This document shows positions 43,112-60,563 of a DNA stretch of 64,000 bases, piece by piece. The position numbers and the translations under genes were made by a program. Source of the DNA: the human T2T-CHM13v2.0 reference genome, Homo sapiens. The DNA lies in NCBI RefSeq assembly GCF_009914755.1, contig NC_060928.1; one strand, given 5' to 3'. Positions within the stretch are counted from its first letter, which is position 1, and each line of letters begins with the position of its first letter. Below the pieces are notes generated by a model. That model had not been told where the DNA came from, made no database searches, and was given only the letters and a program-made list of their open reading frames with translations.

Positions 43112-45221
43112 TAAAAACAAACAAACAAACCCGGAGAGTACTTCTTGTGTGACTGGTCCCGAGGCCTGGAGGTGAGGAGGGGCCTGAGCATTTTGTGCAG
43201 AAAGTCCGAGGGCAGTGTGACCTGAGCATCCAACTAGGGGACCCTCGTGGCTCCTCACTGTGGTGGGAGGCCCCGCCAGCGGGTCCTGTGAACAAGCGGA
43301 AAGTGGGTTCTGGGAGGGAATTTTTAGTGAAAAGAAGAAGGTACTCAGAGTGCCAACCCTTCATGGCATGTGGAAAGAGAGGTTACTTACCCCAGAGCCA
43401 ACATGATCACAAGGCAGCCAAAATGGGCGGGGGCCATTGGCAGCCTCAGTTTTCTCATCTGTGAAGTGGGTGCTGTGAGCCTCCTTCCCTGCCACATCCG
43501 GGCTCGGGCCCTTGGCGTCCTCTCCTCGGGACAAGTGGGGCAGCCCTTCCCCAGCTCTGGGACACCTGTGCCCCTCCCACACACCCTCCGCTCAGCACAG
43601 GACCCTTTAAAGCATCTGCCCCCGCTGACCCGCTGCTTTGGGAATCCAGCTCCAACAAGAGGCTTCGAGCTGCCCCCAGCCCACCACAGCAGTGTTTGGC
43701 ACCCCTGCCGCTCCCTCTGCCACGGTCACTCCTCCAGCCTGCTCCCAGCTCCCACCCTGGCCCACAGCTCTCGGCACAGGCCCCAACCATTGAGAGCTCA
43801 CCCCAGTGCTCAAGGTTGGGCTGGGGGCCTCCCATCTGCCCCTCCTGATCCCTCACCTCCCTGTGCCCGGGTCTGTCTGTCTGTCCACCCCAGAGGCCAC
43901 CCCTCCTTGATCATTGCTGTGACCCAGCACCTGCCTGAGGACCCTGGGAGCTGGTTCAGGTGTGCTTGGGGGGCGGTGGGGGGGCACTGATTAGGCAGGG
44001 CATGTTTGGTGCCACCTACCTGTTAGCTCGCCCACCCTGTCCCCAGGACTGGCTTCCTGGCTTGGCACAGAATTTGGCTGGCTTTCCCACTGAGAGGCGG
44101 CAGTGATGAAGAATGGGCCAGGGACAGTGCTGGGACTCGTGGAAGGGCAGTGAGGGTCAGCTGGGCTCTCTGCTTCCCGGCCTTCCAGGAAGTCACGGGT
44201 CGCCTTCTCTACCTTAGCCTCAGTTGTGCCCCAAGGAAGGGGGTGAAGTTTCCCATTGTTCCACGTTTCCAGGGTGGGAGTTGGGATCTGGGGGCAGTGG
44301 AGAGGCGGGGTGCCATGCTGGGGAGGTGTTGTTAGAATGGCCATGGTGGCATGCTGTACACTCTTGCCCTCCCCCAGCCCCACCCAGGCCTGCCTTGTTC
44401 CTGACTCACCCAGGCTTGTCCGGGAAGCCCGGCCAGAGCCACCATGCAGAATTCAATCATCCTGAGTGTGGAGCCAGGCCCAGCCCTCACTGGCCACAGC
44501 TCGGCCCCCATTTCCCTGGCCAGCACCGAGCCGCAGGGGAGGGTGAGAATCTTTGGCATCTTGGCATACGTTTGTTGTTCCAGAGTCGGGCTGTGCCGAG
44601 GGAATGTGCTGCTTCCCCCATTTTGCAGACAGGGACACTGAGGCTCAGTGAGGGTGAGGGCTCACCCAGGTTGCAGAGCCTGCCCAAAGCTGGGTCTTCT
44701 GGCTCCAAGTCGGGAGCACGCTGCACACCTCATGCCATGGATCAGGCCTTGAAGCTCTCCGTGAAGGTGTACATTGTGCCCCTCATTGACCGGCAGAGAG
44801 CCAGGCCTCAGGGACGAGATCCTGGACAGGTGAGTTTGGGTGGGAAGAGAGGAAAGAGAAACTGATGTAGTTTAGGGAGATCTCTGGTGGCGTGGATGGC
44901 AGGGCCCCTGGAAATGCTGGTTCAGCCTCAGCAGGAAGGGGTGCCGACCGACCACAGGATCACCCAAATTAGAGACCCGCAATCTGTCTCTCCCAGGCTG
45001 TAGCTTCCCGCAGCAGGGCTGTGGGCGAGGCAGTCACCATCCTGCATGTTTTGGGGCAGCAAATTTCCCTTGCACCTGCTCACTTCCTGGGATCGAGGGA
45101 AGACCAAGTCACAGACCCCAGCCTCAAGGAGCCCGAGAGGAGACAGGCAGGCAAACAGGCACCCAGTGAGGGGCAGTGGTGATGCTGACGAGCTGTGCCT
45201 TCAGCTCACTCTGATGGGCAT

Positions 45222-45626
45222 TGGGAGGGTCGGTCTTAGCTGTCAGCTTGGTCAGGCGATGAGCCCAGGTATCCAGTCGAACATGAATCCAGGTGTTGCT
45301 CCGAAGGTATTTGTGGGTGTGATTAAAGTCCATAATCAGCTGTGGGTGTGATTAAAGTCCACAATCAGCTGCCTTTAAAGGAAATTGTCCTAGATCACCC
45401 GGGTGGGCTTGATCCGGCCAGTTGAAAGGCCTAAGAGTGGAATCAATCCTGGGGGCAGCAGCTGCAGCCCATCTGAACTTCCAGCCAGCCCCGCTGATGA
45501 CCTGCCCTATAGACCTCAGACTCGCCTAACTGGCTCCGTGATCCTCTAAGCCAATTCCTTGCAATAAATCCCTTGTGATAAACCTCCCACTGGCTCTGCT
45601 CCTCTGATTGAACCCTGACTGATACC
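45222..45626 (+). mobile_element. MLT2 (ERV-L) LTR with 29-bp internal duplication
   Basis: AGGTGTTGCTCCGAAGGTATTTG...CCAGTTGAAAGGCCTAAG...GCCAATTCCTTGCAATAAATC...GAACCCTGACTGATAC; TGTGGGTGTGATTAAAGTCCA(T/C)AATCAGC x2 at 45312-45369. Confidence 0.85.
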
Positions 45627-45667
45627 ATCGTCATAATCCAGCTGTGAGAACTAGGCTTTTTCAACTA

Positions 45668-45920
45668 TTCTTTCATTCCACAATTATTTGTTGAGCACCT
45701 ACTATGTGCAGTCTCTGGAAAGGCTCAGAGTCTAGCAGAGACCACAAAGTTCAAGCCCTTACCCCTGCCTCTAAAGGGGGAGGCCCATGATTAAACAAGC
45801 CCAGAGGTCAAGAGTGGACCAGGTGCCATTGCATTGTATTTGAGGAGGTGAGGTCATCTCTAGCCTTATCTAGGGAGTCTCTCCGAGGGCACAAGTGTCA
45901 GACAGGCTGGAGTTATTCAG
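45668..45920 (-). mobile_element. L2 3' end
   Basis: TTCATTCCACAATTATTTGTTGAGCACCTACTATGTGC. Confidence 0.75.
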
Positions 45921-47125
45921 GCAGGCCCTCCACAAACCCTTTCACCCTTTCACTCTCTCTGAGCCTCGGCACCCCGCCCCACCATCTGAATAGATGGCAC
46001 CTGAGCCGTGCTTGGTAGATGCTTAGTTTCTGTCTGTGCTAGGGGCTGAGAGGTAGCCTCCCTCCCTCGCTCCCATGGACAGGCATCCGTCCTGGCCTGG
46101 GTTTGGCTTTGTGGCATCAGATGGAGGACAATCAACGGCAAAGCCTTAACTCTGGAAACGGATCTGGTTTGGGGTCTTGTCCTTCCTACTGGCCTGCTGG
46201 CTGCAGGGCCGTGTGGGGCCTCAACACTGTCAGCAGCTTAAGGCAGGCCATTCGTACACCCCTCCTCCATGCCTCAGGGTCCCCAGACTTGGCCTTGCAG
46301 AGGCCACAGCTAGGGGGAGGGTTGGGGCCTGGACAGTGTTGTGCTGGTAGATGTTGAACAACCAGCCCCGCAGGACAGGAGCCTTGGTTGGAAATGTTTG
46401 TCGGTTCCACAGTGTGAATACTTCCACTGCAGCCCATCTCCAGTTACCAATGCGGGGTACTGTGCATGGAGCTGGAGAGAGGTAAGTACAATCGCTTCTC
46501 CACCGGGCCCGGGCTTCTCTCAGGTTTGAGGCTGGAGGTGAGTGAGCTCCCCCTGGGAAGAGGCTGGGCTGCCGGGGGAGGAGCTGTCTGGGGGCGAAGA
46601 GGGGCCCACTGAGCCCAGGACTCTGCAGCCAGCCTGGCTCGCTGGCACAGCCGGGAAGATTTCCCTAAGACTCACCACTCTGTGTGGGGCTCTCAGTAAA
46701 TGTTTATTGAGTGATGCATGATGGATGTTAAGACATTGAATCAAATCTTGCTCTGACCTTTGAGTCAGTCTGTTGGGTGTGAAAGAACCAGCTTTTCTGC
46801 TCTGTTTGCTGGAAGCGTCTGAACCCCTCCTGGGGCCTCCTGCTCTCACCCTCCTCCCCTTCTCTGGGACCGTCCTCAGGGAAGGCCTCTGGGCTTGGCG
46901 TTTCACACAGCCTCTTTCCCACCTAATCTCAGGCGTTCTTGCAACAGCCCGTGGAGGTAAACAGCTGTGTCTCTCAGTTCCACCACTGGCCACAGGCAGG
47001 GCCTTGGGTGAGGTTTTCATCCTCCCTGGGTAGTGGTTTCCTCTCTCCAAAAATAGAGGGAGTAACAATATCTACTGCATAGGCTTGGCGAGAGGACTGC
47101 ATGGGGTAACACAGGAAAGTGCCTA

Positions 47126-47600
<475 letters not shown>

Positions 47601-48031
47601 TGTAAACCAAGAAGTATCTGAGACAAGTCTCAATCAGTTTAGAAGTTTATTTTGCCAGGGTTAAGGACCTGCTCAGAAGAAAAGAACACAGATTGACAAA
47701 AACAGTGGGTGGTCTGTGCCATTCTCCAAAAATGATTTTGAGGGCCTCAATATTTAAAAGGGAGAAGCAGGCTGGAGGGGAAAAAGGGAGGGTGTGGTTG
47801 CATTAGTGAATCCTTATGTTGCAAGAGAAAGGGAGCAGGTATGGAAATAGTCAATTAGGTATTTGTCTTGTGCTCATAGAGTTGCTATCTGTGCAAATAA
47901 CTTTTTATCTGTAGCTCTCTATCTGCTTAGGAACAAGAGGAAAGGCAGCTTCTTGCACAGTGGGGCTTTCAGACTAATGTTCTTCCAGTTGACATAGTGA
48001 ATTGTGCTCAAGATTTTATTTTCCTTTCACT
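47601..48031 (-). mobile_element. MER4C-like 3' LTR of a provirus
   Basis: Minus strand GTGAAAGGAAAATAAAATCTTG...AAAATAAACTTCTAAA...GGTTTACA, directly preceded by the purine tract GGGGGTGGGAGGAGAAAA (PPT, about 48031-48048). Confidence 0.85.
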
Positions 48032-49363
48032 TTTCTCCTCCCACCCCCATTAAAAAAAATCTTTCAAAGAAAGCATCTTAGAAGAAAACTGAGTCTCTGG
48101 TCTTGGGTTTTGTCTGATGTCTCTCGTGGCTAGGATGGTTTATTCTGAGATGGCTTAGGTCCCAGGTGGTTAGGAAAGCTGACTTTTAGTAAGTTATGTA
48201 GTCTCGAGTCTCACAGAGAAAAATAGGGGAGGAAAAGAGAAAAACAATGGGAGGAATAACAACAAAAAGGAAAACAATCCTGGAAAACTGACATAGGCCA
48301 TATGCCTCTGAAGTCCATACGTCAGTCAGTATGCAGGGATGAAAGTAGCTTAGGTCTTAATATATCAATAGGTTGCTGTTATTGTCTTTCAAGGTTTGTC
48401 TAGCTTCAGCTCACAGGGCTTAAAGGCACCGCTTTAATTTTTTTGTGATTCTAAATCAGGAGAAGATGGAAGGGAAAACAATGAAAAGAAAGAAAAAAAT
48501 TGAAAATATTATTCTGGAGACTTGTAGCCAGGAAAAATTGTAGGATTCAGTCCAAATTGTAAAAAATAATAAAAATTGAAAAATCCTGGACAAGGCTACA
48601 ATCTAATAACAAGTCTATTATAGTTTTTCTTGAGACATAATTTTTCTCTTTCCAATTCCCCAATTTTGTTAGAGACAAAATCATAGTAGGACCAATTTAT
48701 TTGTAAAATTACGTTTTAGTTTAATGATAGTTAGCTTGATTATTTGCATAAAGTGCAGCAAGAATTATCTGCCGTATAGGCTTTAAAAAATTTTTGCTTG
48801 GCTGGAAACTTTTTCATAAGGAATCTAAGATTAGACCTTTCCAAAAGGCTTGAGCCCAGCCAAGGATTTATTTGTGCCTGCAGATACCTGTATGAATTGG
48901 GTGACTTCCTCTCTTTTCGAGGTCCCAAGAAAACGATCCTGGGCCTGTCAGAAAGTGACATTCTTACCCGCCACAGGTCAGAACCCTGTAAAGGACAAGG
49001 TATGAGGCCAGTTTTTCAAGGGGCTTTTATTGGCTCTATAGGTCAGCTTCATTTTCTCAAGGCAATCTGAAGATGTCATTCTAAGCAAAGCCTTGGTAAA
49101 ATACCCAGTGTCTCCAATTGTGTCCTGCTATAAGATAGAACAAATTCTGGTTGAACCTATGTAAATAACTATATTGCCATAGATTAAGAATACCGACAGA
49201 TAGTTTTCAAATTTCGGAGAAATTAAGTAGAGAGAAAGGAATTAGGTTTTAAATTTTGCTCATAAAAATTTACCTTAATTGTTTAAGAGTGTAAATATCT
49301 TAAAAGAAGAAAAACAAAACAAAAATAATCAAATGTTTTAAAGAGTCATAAAAGATTATTTCA

Positions 49364-49967
49364 GGCCAGGCACAGTGGCTCACATCTGTAATCCAAGCAC
49401 TTTGAGAGGCCGAGGCAGGTGGATCACCTGAGGTTGAGAGTTCCAGAACAGCCTGACCAACGTGGTGAAACCCCATCTCTACTAAGAATACAAAAAAAAA
49501 AAAAAAAAATTAGCTGGGTGTGGTGGCAGGTGCCTTTAATCCCAGCTACTTGCAAGGCTGAGGCAGAAGAATCACTTGAACCCAGGAGGTTGCAGTGAGC
49601 CACTGTGCCACTGAACTCATGCCTGGGTGACAGAGCGATATTTAGTGTAAAAAATAAATAAATAAAAGATTATTTCAGGCCAGGCATGGTGGCTCATGCC
49701 TGTAATTCCAGCACTTTGGGAGGCTGAGGCAGGCAGATCATAAGGTCAGGAGTTCAAGACAAGCCTGGCCAACATAGTGAAACCCTGTCTCTACTAAAAA
49801 TACAAAAATTAGCTGGGTGTGTGGTGACACACACCTGTAATCTCAGCTACTCGAGAGGCTGAGGCGGAACTGCTTGAACCTGGGAGGCAGAGGTTGCAGT
49901 GAGCCAAGACCACACCACTGCCCTCCAGCCTGGGCAAAAGAGTGAGACTCCATTTCAAAAAAAAAAA
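49364..49967 (+). mobile_element. Two tandem Alus (49364-49662 and 49678-49967)
   Basis: Two sense dimers; AAAAGATTATTTCA lies before, between and after them. Confidence 0.95.
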
Positions 49968-50946
49968 GATTATTTCAATCTACTGTTAGTTCAGTCCATG
50001 CAATTAACTCCTGTTCTGCTTGGTATTGGGTCAGGAAACCTCACGAATACATCAGCTCTTTATGAGAACCCTGGAAGTTTTTATCTTTATTCCAATGGCA
50101 CAATCTTTAAAGTTATCAGAGTACTTCTCAGAATTCTATAGCTGATTATAAACCATGCTATTGAAAGGATTAAAGTGAAACAATTGTGGATGTCAAAAGT
50201 GTTAGAACAGCCGTAGTTAAAGACATAATTGACAAGGAAATTTGGTTATTTCTGTGGCATACAACAATTTAACGTAATAATCATAATTGCTACTGATAAC
50301 ATATATTGAGATATACCAGAATCACAGGAATCTTGTACAATTTAGGAACACATACTAATAACACACACACACACATATATATATATATAATCCAAAGAAA
50401 GTTAAATACCATTTCATATTCAACAATGCTTCCTGTGTGATTTTAACATACCAAATCAGCTGAATATGTTTCTTTTGAACTTCAGGACCTAATATCAAAA
50501 TAATTAATGAGGTCAAAAAGACTGAATTAATCATTTAATTCTGGAAAGCTTGTCAAACAGCAAAGGTTTAAAACTCTTGATATCACAAAACAGGGTCACA
50601 GGTCATTGTATCATTCATTTATTTAGATATAGTGCTGACTCAAACTTTTTTTTTTTTTTTTAAAAAGGCAAAAACTTTTACTCTTTGAGAGGAGGCTTAC
50701 TTTCCCAAACAATACAACCTCATGAAGACAGCATGAAGTCAATTAAATTTGTCTCTCTCTTTCTCTCCTGGTCCCCCCACGCCCTCTCCTTTGTTTGTTT
50801 GTTTGTTTGTTTAGTTTTCTCAAAGGATAGTTGAACAGAAATCTGTTTCAGAAGAGAGAAAGACAAATTTTACCTCTATATGAATATATCACTTATCCTG
50901 CCAAATTTAATCAAATAAACAAATGTTTTATTTATTTTCACCATAA

Positions 50947-51242
<296 letters not shown>

Positions 51243-51324
51243 TTCCATAAACCTTTTTATAATCTTTTATAATTTTTTTACTTTTTAAATTTATTTTAAA
51301 AAACTAATCCCCAGTATTTATACA

Positions 51325-51367
<43 letters not shown>
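51325..51367. repeat. (TTA)n microsatellite
   Basis: About 14 units. Confidence 0.92.
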
Positions 51368-51368
<1 letters not shown>

Positions 51369-51657
51369 AGAGTGGGTTAATGCTCCCAGAAACCTTGTTA
51401 ATCTGACACAGAGGCCCAGATACTGGTCTTATATCAGTGTGCGTTTGATGTTAATGTTTAATTTGTAGAGAAACTCTGAACTAAACTTTATCTCTCAAAA
51501 TTTGTCTTTACAATCTCACGCGTCCACCTCTTCCATGATAGTCCCTTGGCCTTGAGAGGTTGAATGGTTTTAATTTCTGGCCCTGCTTCTCATAAATGCA
51601 GCTTATTTTGATTATCATCTTCTCCTGGGTCTGAAGATGAGACTTTAACTGCTGTCA

Positions 51658-52053
<396 letters not shown>

Positions 52054-52155
52054 TTACATGGACATAATAATTTTTTTTTAAATCTCAGTTTTAGTAAGCA
52101 AATAAAAAACTTAATAATGATGACATAGGAATTATTTCAATAAAACATGAAATAT

Positions 52156-52622
<467 letters not shown>

Positions 52623-52690
52623 TCATAGAATGATTTAGACAGGAACAGCAAAGAGTACAGAATGTTATAGTAGAAGAAAATACCCTTTAG

Positions 52691-54559
<1,869 letters not shown>

Positions 54560-54682
54560 AGCAACACGCAATAAAAGTTGAACTTTTGGGTTAAAAATTA
54601 AAATCTCTTGCAATTTTATTAAGAATAAATACTTTAAGAGAATTTTGTTCTAGCCAATTCTTTAGTGTATTAGTGCATTTTT

Positions 54683-54888
<206 letters not shown>

Positions 54889-54982
54889 GTATTAGTGCAT
54901 TTTTAATATCAAGGCCTAATCTGTAGAAAGACTATTATACATAATCTCCTTTTAATTATAGACAATTTAATCACATAAAGTT

Positions 54983-55036
54983 TATATATATATATGTATA
55001 TATATATATATACGTACAAACACACATATATATATA
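54983..55036. repeat. (TA)n/(CA)n microsatellite
   Basis: Direct reading. Confidence 0.85.
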
Positions 55037-55405
55037 AATTCTCTTTTTATAAACCTTATTAGGACTTGCACAAACCATTTATGACATGCCTGGCCCTCCC
55101 ATGTTATCCTCAACATTCTTTTTCTTAAACAGTCATTTTATTTCAGGACAAAAATTTATCATAGGAAATTTTTTTCTCATATAAAATTATTTTTCTTTTA
55201 AGCTTTCTTGCCAAAAATGCCTGCATATATGTATAACTTTGTTTACATCTCTCTTTTTTACCAGTTATTTTTACTTCATTTCATAAACTTTGAATTAAAC
55301 AAAAATTATTTTCCTTTTAATAACACGTTTTTTTGAAAAATGTTTTACTGTAATATAATTTTTTAAAAACTTTAATGAATATTTAATATGACTTTAGATT
55401 CTTAA

Positions 55406-55780
<375 letters not shown>

Positions 55781-56714
55781 TAATAGTTTACTTAGATTAC
55801 TTATGAAAACTGGGATGGTCATTATTTAAAGTTATTTTCCTGTTTTAACCATTTTTATAGCCTGTGAATATCAGGTGTTTACTTAAATGAGAAACTTAAG
55901 GTTAAATAAATGGGATTTTTGCCAATAACTCAGGATTTAGCTGTTTTCATTAAATAAATAATATTAAATACTTATCAACAATTATTCAAGGGTCATTTGG
56001 CTTCAGGCTGGATTTATAGTTTTATAACCTTCATGCCAAACCTTGACACCTTATAATATCTAGCAGAGATAAATATAAAACTGATCAATAAACTTAAACA
56101 ATAAGGTATGCTGATAATTATGAAGACATCTCTAATTTTATTTTACTAATAATTTTAAAGCCAGCTTATTTATAAAAGATTTACTTAAGTCGCATTAACT
56201 TGAAAAGCACTAGGGCTTATTACTTAATTTATGAGTACTTGTATTTTTAAGCCAATTTGGTAACTTGCCATAACACACATACATACAAGTAAACACATCT
56301 AAGCATACACATACACACATACAAAGATCCTGTAGCTTTTACTTCAGAACTCTAGCCATGAGATATCAATACAAACTCACCAGTATGCAAAAAAAAAAAA
56401 AAAAAAGATGCCAACTAGTTGTTACCTCAACACCAGTAGAAAGGTCATGGCAGATTTAAAGCAGGCAGAAAAGAAAATAGAGCAGTAGGCAGAGAACTTA
56501 GGAAACCTATAGTCGCAGGTCCAACTTTGTGCTCTGAATTTTTCTTGATGAAATTTGCCTATCAGTTTAAAATCTGCACAAGAACAGACCATCATATGTA
56601 ACCAGCTGGAGTACTAGAAAACCTGGCATGCTTTTGACTTTCCCATTTTTTAAACCTTAATTATCCTCATATTTTCTTAGGATCTGAAAGAAAGCTGCAA
56701 CAACATTAAAAAAA

Positions 56715-56843
56715 ATTATCTTTTGTAGAGACAGGGTTTCACCATGTTGCCCAGGCTGGTCTTGAACTCATGACCTCAAGTGATCAAAACGCCTTGGCCT
56801 CCCAAAGTGCTGGGATAACAGGTGTGATCCACCACACCCAGCT
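56715..56843 (-). mobile_element. Alu left-arm monomer
   Basis: Single arm; CT(G/A)CAACAACA on both flanks. Confidence 0.85.
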
Positions 56844-56854
56844 CTACAACAACA

Positions 56855-57690
56855 AATTTGAGAGAACTTCTTAAATTGTTGTTTGATTCTGCAGGAGTAA
56901 TGTCACTTGGGGTGCCCACATAGAAGGGACCCCCTTAACCACAGCATTTACCATGACCTGGGTAATGGGTATATTCTATGGGTGAATATCCTGGTCATCA
57001 TAAAGCCAGTCCCACATGGCTTGTATATGAAGCATATCAGTTGCTTCATCTGGGGTGCTCCACTTGGCATTTATAGGAAGAGTTGGGCAGTCCCCTTCTC
57101 AGGGTAAACAGACTCCATGGTGGCTTTCATCTAGTCAGACAGGCTGGCCGTTGCCTCAGGCATAACCTCCTGTGCAGCTGGATCACATATACTGATCAGG
57201 GAGTGTTCAATAGTGAGCTGTGGGTCCTGCATCAACCCAAACGTGCCCTTTCATTCTGTAGCATTTAAAATTAAAGATACTGTCCATGAAGTAGTTACTC
57301 TCACCACCTATTTTAGTAAAAGTTTCACAGGAAGCTGATGATACCAATCTGTAAAATGGAACAATTCCTTGACACCACATCCTCTGGGTTTCATAGTTAG
57401 TTGGTTTTTCCCTTTCTCCACATGGACTGTCTTCTTGGTACCCACAGGTCTCAGAGGTACTTTCTGCTGCCCTGGCTTAATTTTTCCTTCTGTGGATAGC
57501 TTTGAGGCTGGTGATCTGAGCCCAGACAGACCATATCTGAGTTTGGTCCAGCCTCAAGGCTCCCCACCCCAGGCCCAACATTTCATTTGACTTTTAGTTT
57601 AGCTATTACAGATAACAGTAACCAAGGGGCTGAGTATGTTGCTTTATGCATCCAGTGAACCAACTCAACAGTGTGCCCCATCTCCAAATT
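56855..57690 (-). pseudogene. Decayed retroviral gag relic, class III (ERV-L/Fv1-like)
   Basis: Manual translation: ...PWLLLSVIAKLK...KELFHFTDWYHQLPVKLLLK*VVRV...LNATE*KGTFGLMQDP...SLSD*MKA...YPEK/GDCP...KWSTPDEA...AMWDWLY...IPITQVMVNAVVKGVPSMWAPQVTLLL. Colinear with recalled HERV-L Gag motifs; several stops and a frameshift. Confidence 0.75.
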
Positions 57691-57739
57691 CTACTGGTGC
57701 CTTTGACCCTCAGTGACTGAGGCAGCCCAGCTGCAGCTC

Positions 57740-57980
57740 CATACCATGGGACACTTAGTAAGCACCTGCTGTATGCTTAGCCTGGGCTGCTTCCAACTTG
57801 TTTTATCTCTTCCTGCCACCCCCGACAATCTAAGCAGATGGCTCCTGCTGTCTTGCAGAAGAGGAAACTGAGGTGCAGAGAGATGAAGTGACTTGTCCAA
57901 GGTCATACAGTGACCCAGTGTCTGAGCCAGGGTCGGGACCGCTTTGCCAGATGCTGGCTACAGAAGCTGGTGCTCTGCCT
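57740..57980 (-). mobile_element. MIR
   Basis: GAGGAAACTGAGGTGCAGAGAGATGAAGTGACTTGTCCAAGGTCATACAG. Confidence 0.88.
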
Positions 57981-59087
57981 CCCATAGGCACCCCTGAGTC
58001 ACCAGCCACGGTGCAGAGTGTAATTAGGCCTGACTCATGCAGTCATTATACTCCAGGTTTTAATTATCCGCCTCCTCATCCTGGTGTCCTCTTTGGGCCA
58101 GTTATGGAGGCCATGGGACAGGCCTTCTGGCTGGGGTGTCTCCTTGTATCTGTCAGGCAAAGAATTGAAAAACTGTTGGGGACATGCCCAACAGTGGCTG
58201 AAACAGAAATAATGGGTGCTGTGCAGAGTGACAGGGAGAGCTTGAGTTCTCTGCAGGCAACTTAGCTGCAATTCAGCAACTGGAATTCCCAGTTTGGCCA
58301 CCAGCATGGAGGGTGGGCAGGGCCCGCCTAATGACTGCTTGGATTCCAGCTGGTGCCAGAGGGCAGGGTCCAGGGCTTGGAGTCCAACAGTGGGGGTGGT
58401 TCAGGCTCCTTTCAGCTCTGTGGCCCCAGGCCAGCCCCCTGGTCTCTCTGGGGGCAAGTTTCTCCAGTGGCAAATTGAGAAGAAAAAAAAACCTGCCTCA
58501 TTGTTTGGGTGCTTATCAGATGGGGTTAAGCAGGTGAAATGTCCAATGCACTCTAAGAGCTGTTGACAATGTTTGCCTTGTGTCTTCATCCAGTCATTGC
58601 ATATAAGCCGTGGTGAGTAGATATGGCTCACGGGAACTGGGCAGGTGGAATCCACACCTCACCGCGTTGCTGGGAAGATGGAGGAGGTGACGCATGGGAA
58701 GACCTCCCCAGTAAGTGTTGGCTGCTCCCAGTATCACGAGAATGATTCCTGGTGGAGGTCATAACTGTGTTACCATTACCTGCGATGTCTGGAAACATTT
58801 TTGCCAAAGGTGGCACTGCCTGTGCCCAGGCTATGTGTCCTGTCCAGACCAGGCGTGTGGTGGGCTCCTTCTAGGCTCCTCAGAGGTGCATTTCACATGT
58901 TTATGTTGTGTGACAAACGCTGGTTTTATCCATCTTGTCCTCAGACCTACAACCAGCATTTCCTAAATGAACAGTTGGACTGTTTATTTAAAATGTTATT
59001 CCCATGAAGGCTAAACTCAGATTGAAGCCTTCCTGGGAAGCTTCACACATCCTCTCCCCAACCTCTTTCTTCACATTTTCAACCAAG

Positions 59088-59237
59088 TTTCTTTTCTTTC
59101 TTTTTGAGCCACAGTCTCGCTCTGTCTCCCAGGCTGGAGTGCAGAGGTACAATCATAGCTCACTGCAGCCTTCAACTCTTGGACTCAAGCGATCCTCCTG
59201 CCTTCCAGAGTAGCTGGGACCACAGGTGTGTGCCACC
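59088..59237 (-). mobile_element. Alu right-arm monomer (FRAM/AluJ-like)
   Basis: Single antisense arm with T-rich tail. Confidence 0.85.
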
Positions 59238-60003
59238 TAGGTCCACCATCCAGCTTCTTCCCTGGAACCATGACGCAGGTGGTTTCTGCTCTGACAGGGC
59301 CTCCCATGTCCTAGGTGGAGGGGCCGCACCTTGCGGGGACCCACAGCCTCAGCCTCAAGCAAGCAGTGGGCCCTTGTGGCCATGGAGGCCCCACTGTGTC
59401 TCTTGATTCCTACTTAAAGATACACCATGGTTTCCCTTACCTTCCACCTAGTGAGAATCCTAACTGTTCTCATGGTAAATGTCACACTTACTGTGCCTAG
59501 GCGTCCATGAGAGACAGGAGAAGTTTCTTCCCACACTAAAGATAATAAGATGGCGGAAAGATGGTCACCTTCCCTGCCTGAGGCCACTCACATCCAGGAG
59601 GCAGCGGGGGAGGGGAAGAGGGGAAGGATTTGAACCCAAGGGAGAGCCTGTCTCTTAGGCCGTTCTGACTGCCCAGTGAGAACTGATGGCCTCTCCTCTG
59701 TGGCCTGCTGCGCCTTACCTGCACCCCTCTCTCCAGGCCCCTGTTCCACCCTGGGTGTGGAGGCAGCCATCAACCTCCTGGTTCCTGGCTCAGCCCTGGC
59801 GCATAAGAGGGGCAAGCGCTTGTGGAATAAGTGGGTGAAAGGATGCCCATGGGTCTCCTTTGTCCTGGCTGCAGCCCCTCTGTGAGTGCACCTTGGGTGG
59901 CATCGTCTGAGCATCGGCGTTTCCGGGTGACCGCTGTGGGGGCGGTTGTGACACTCGTGGTGACACTTATGCCTCTTTTATTTATTAAAAAAATGTTTTT
60001 TGG

Positions 60004-60222
60004 GGCCAGGTGCAGTGGCTTGTGCCTGTAATCCCAGCACTTTGGGAGGCCGAGGCGGGTGGATCACCTGAGGTCAGGAGTTCGAGACTAGCCTGACCAA
60101 CATGGTGAAACCCCGTCTCTACTAAAAGTACAAAAATTAGCCAGGCGTGGTGGTACACGGCGTGTAGAGTGCCACTACACTCTAGCCTGGGTGAAAGAGA
60201 CTCTGTCTCAAAAAAAAAAAAA
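60004..60222 (+). mobile_element. Alu (AluSx-like) with right-arm deletion
   Basis: Right arm jumps from GTGGTACACGGCGTGTAG to AGTGCCACTACACTCTAGCC. Confidence 0.93.

Positions 60223-60563
<341 letters not shown>

Noticed and set aside
43370-44865. 206-aa and 213-aa plus-strand ORFs and a CAG/GTGAGT donor near 44830
   Set aside because: They run through MIR fragments, show no homology I recognise, and form no [14 protein letters not shown] chain. A lncRNA exon cannot be excluded.
46478-46545. Consensus splice donors (AG/GTAAGT, AG/GTGAGT)
   Set aside because: Isolated motifs without a supported exon or reading frame.
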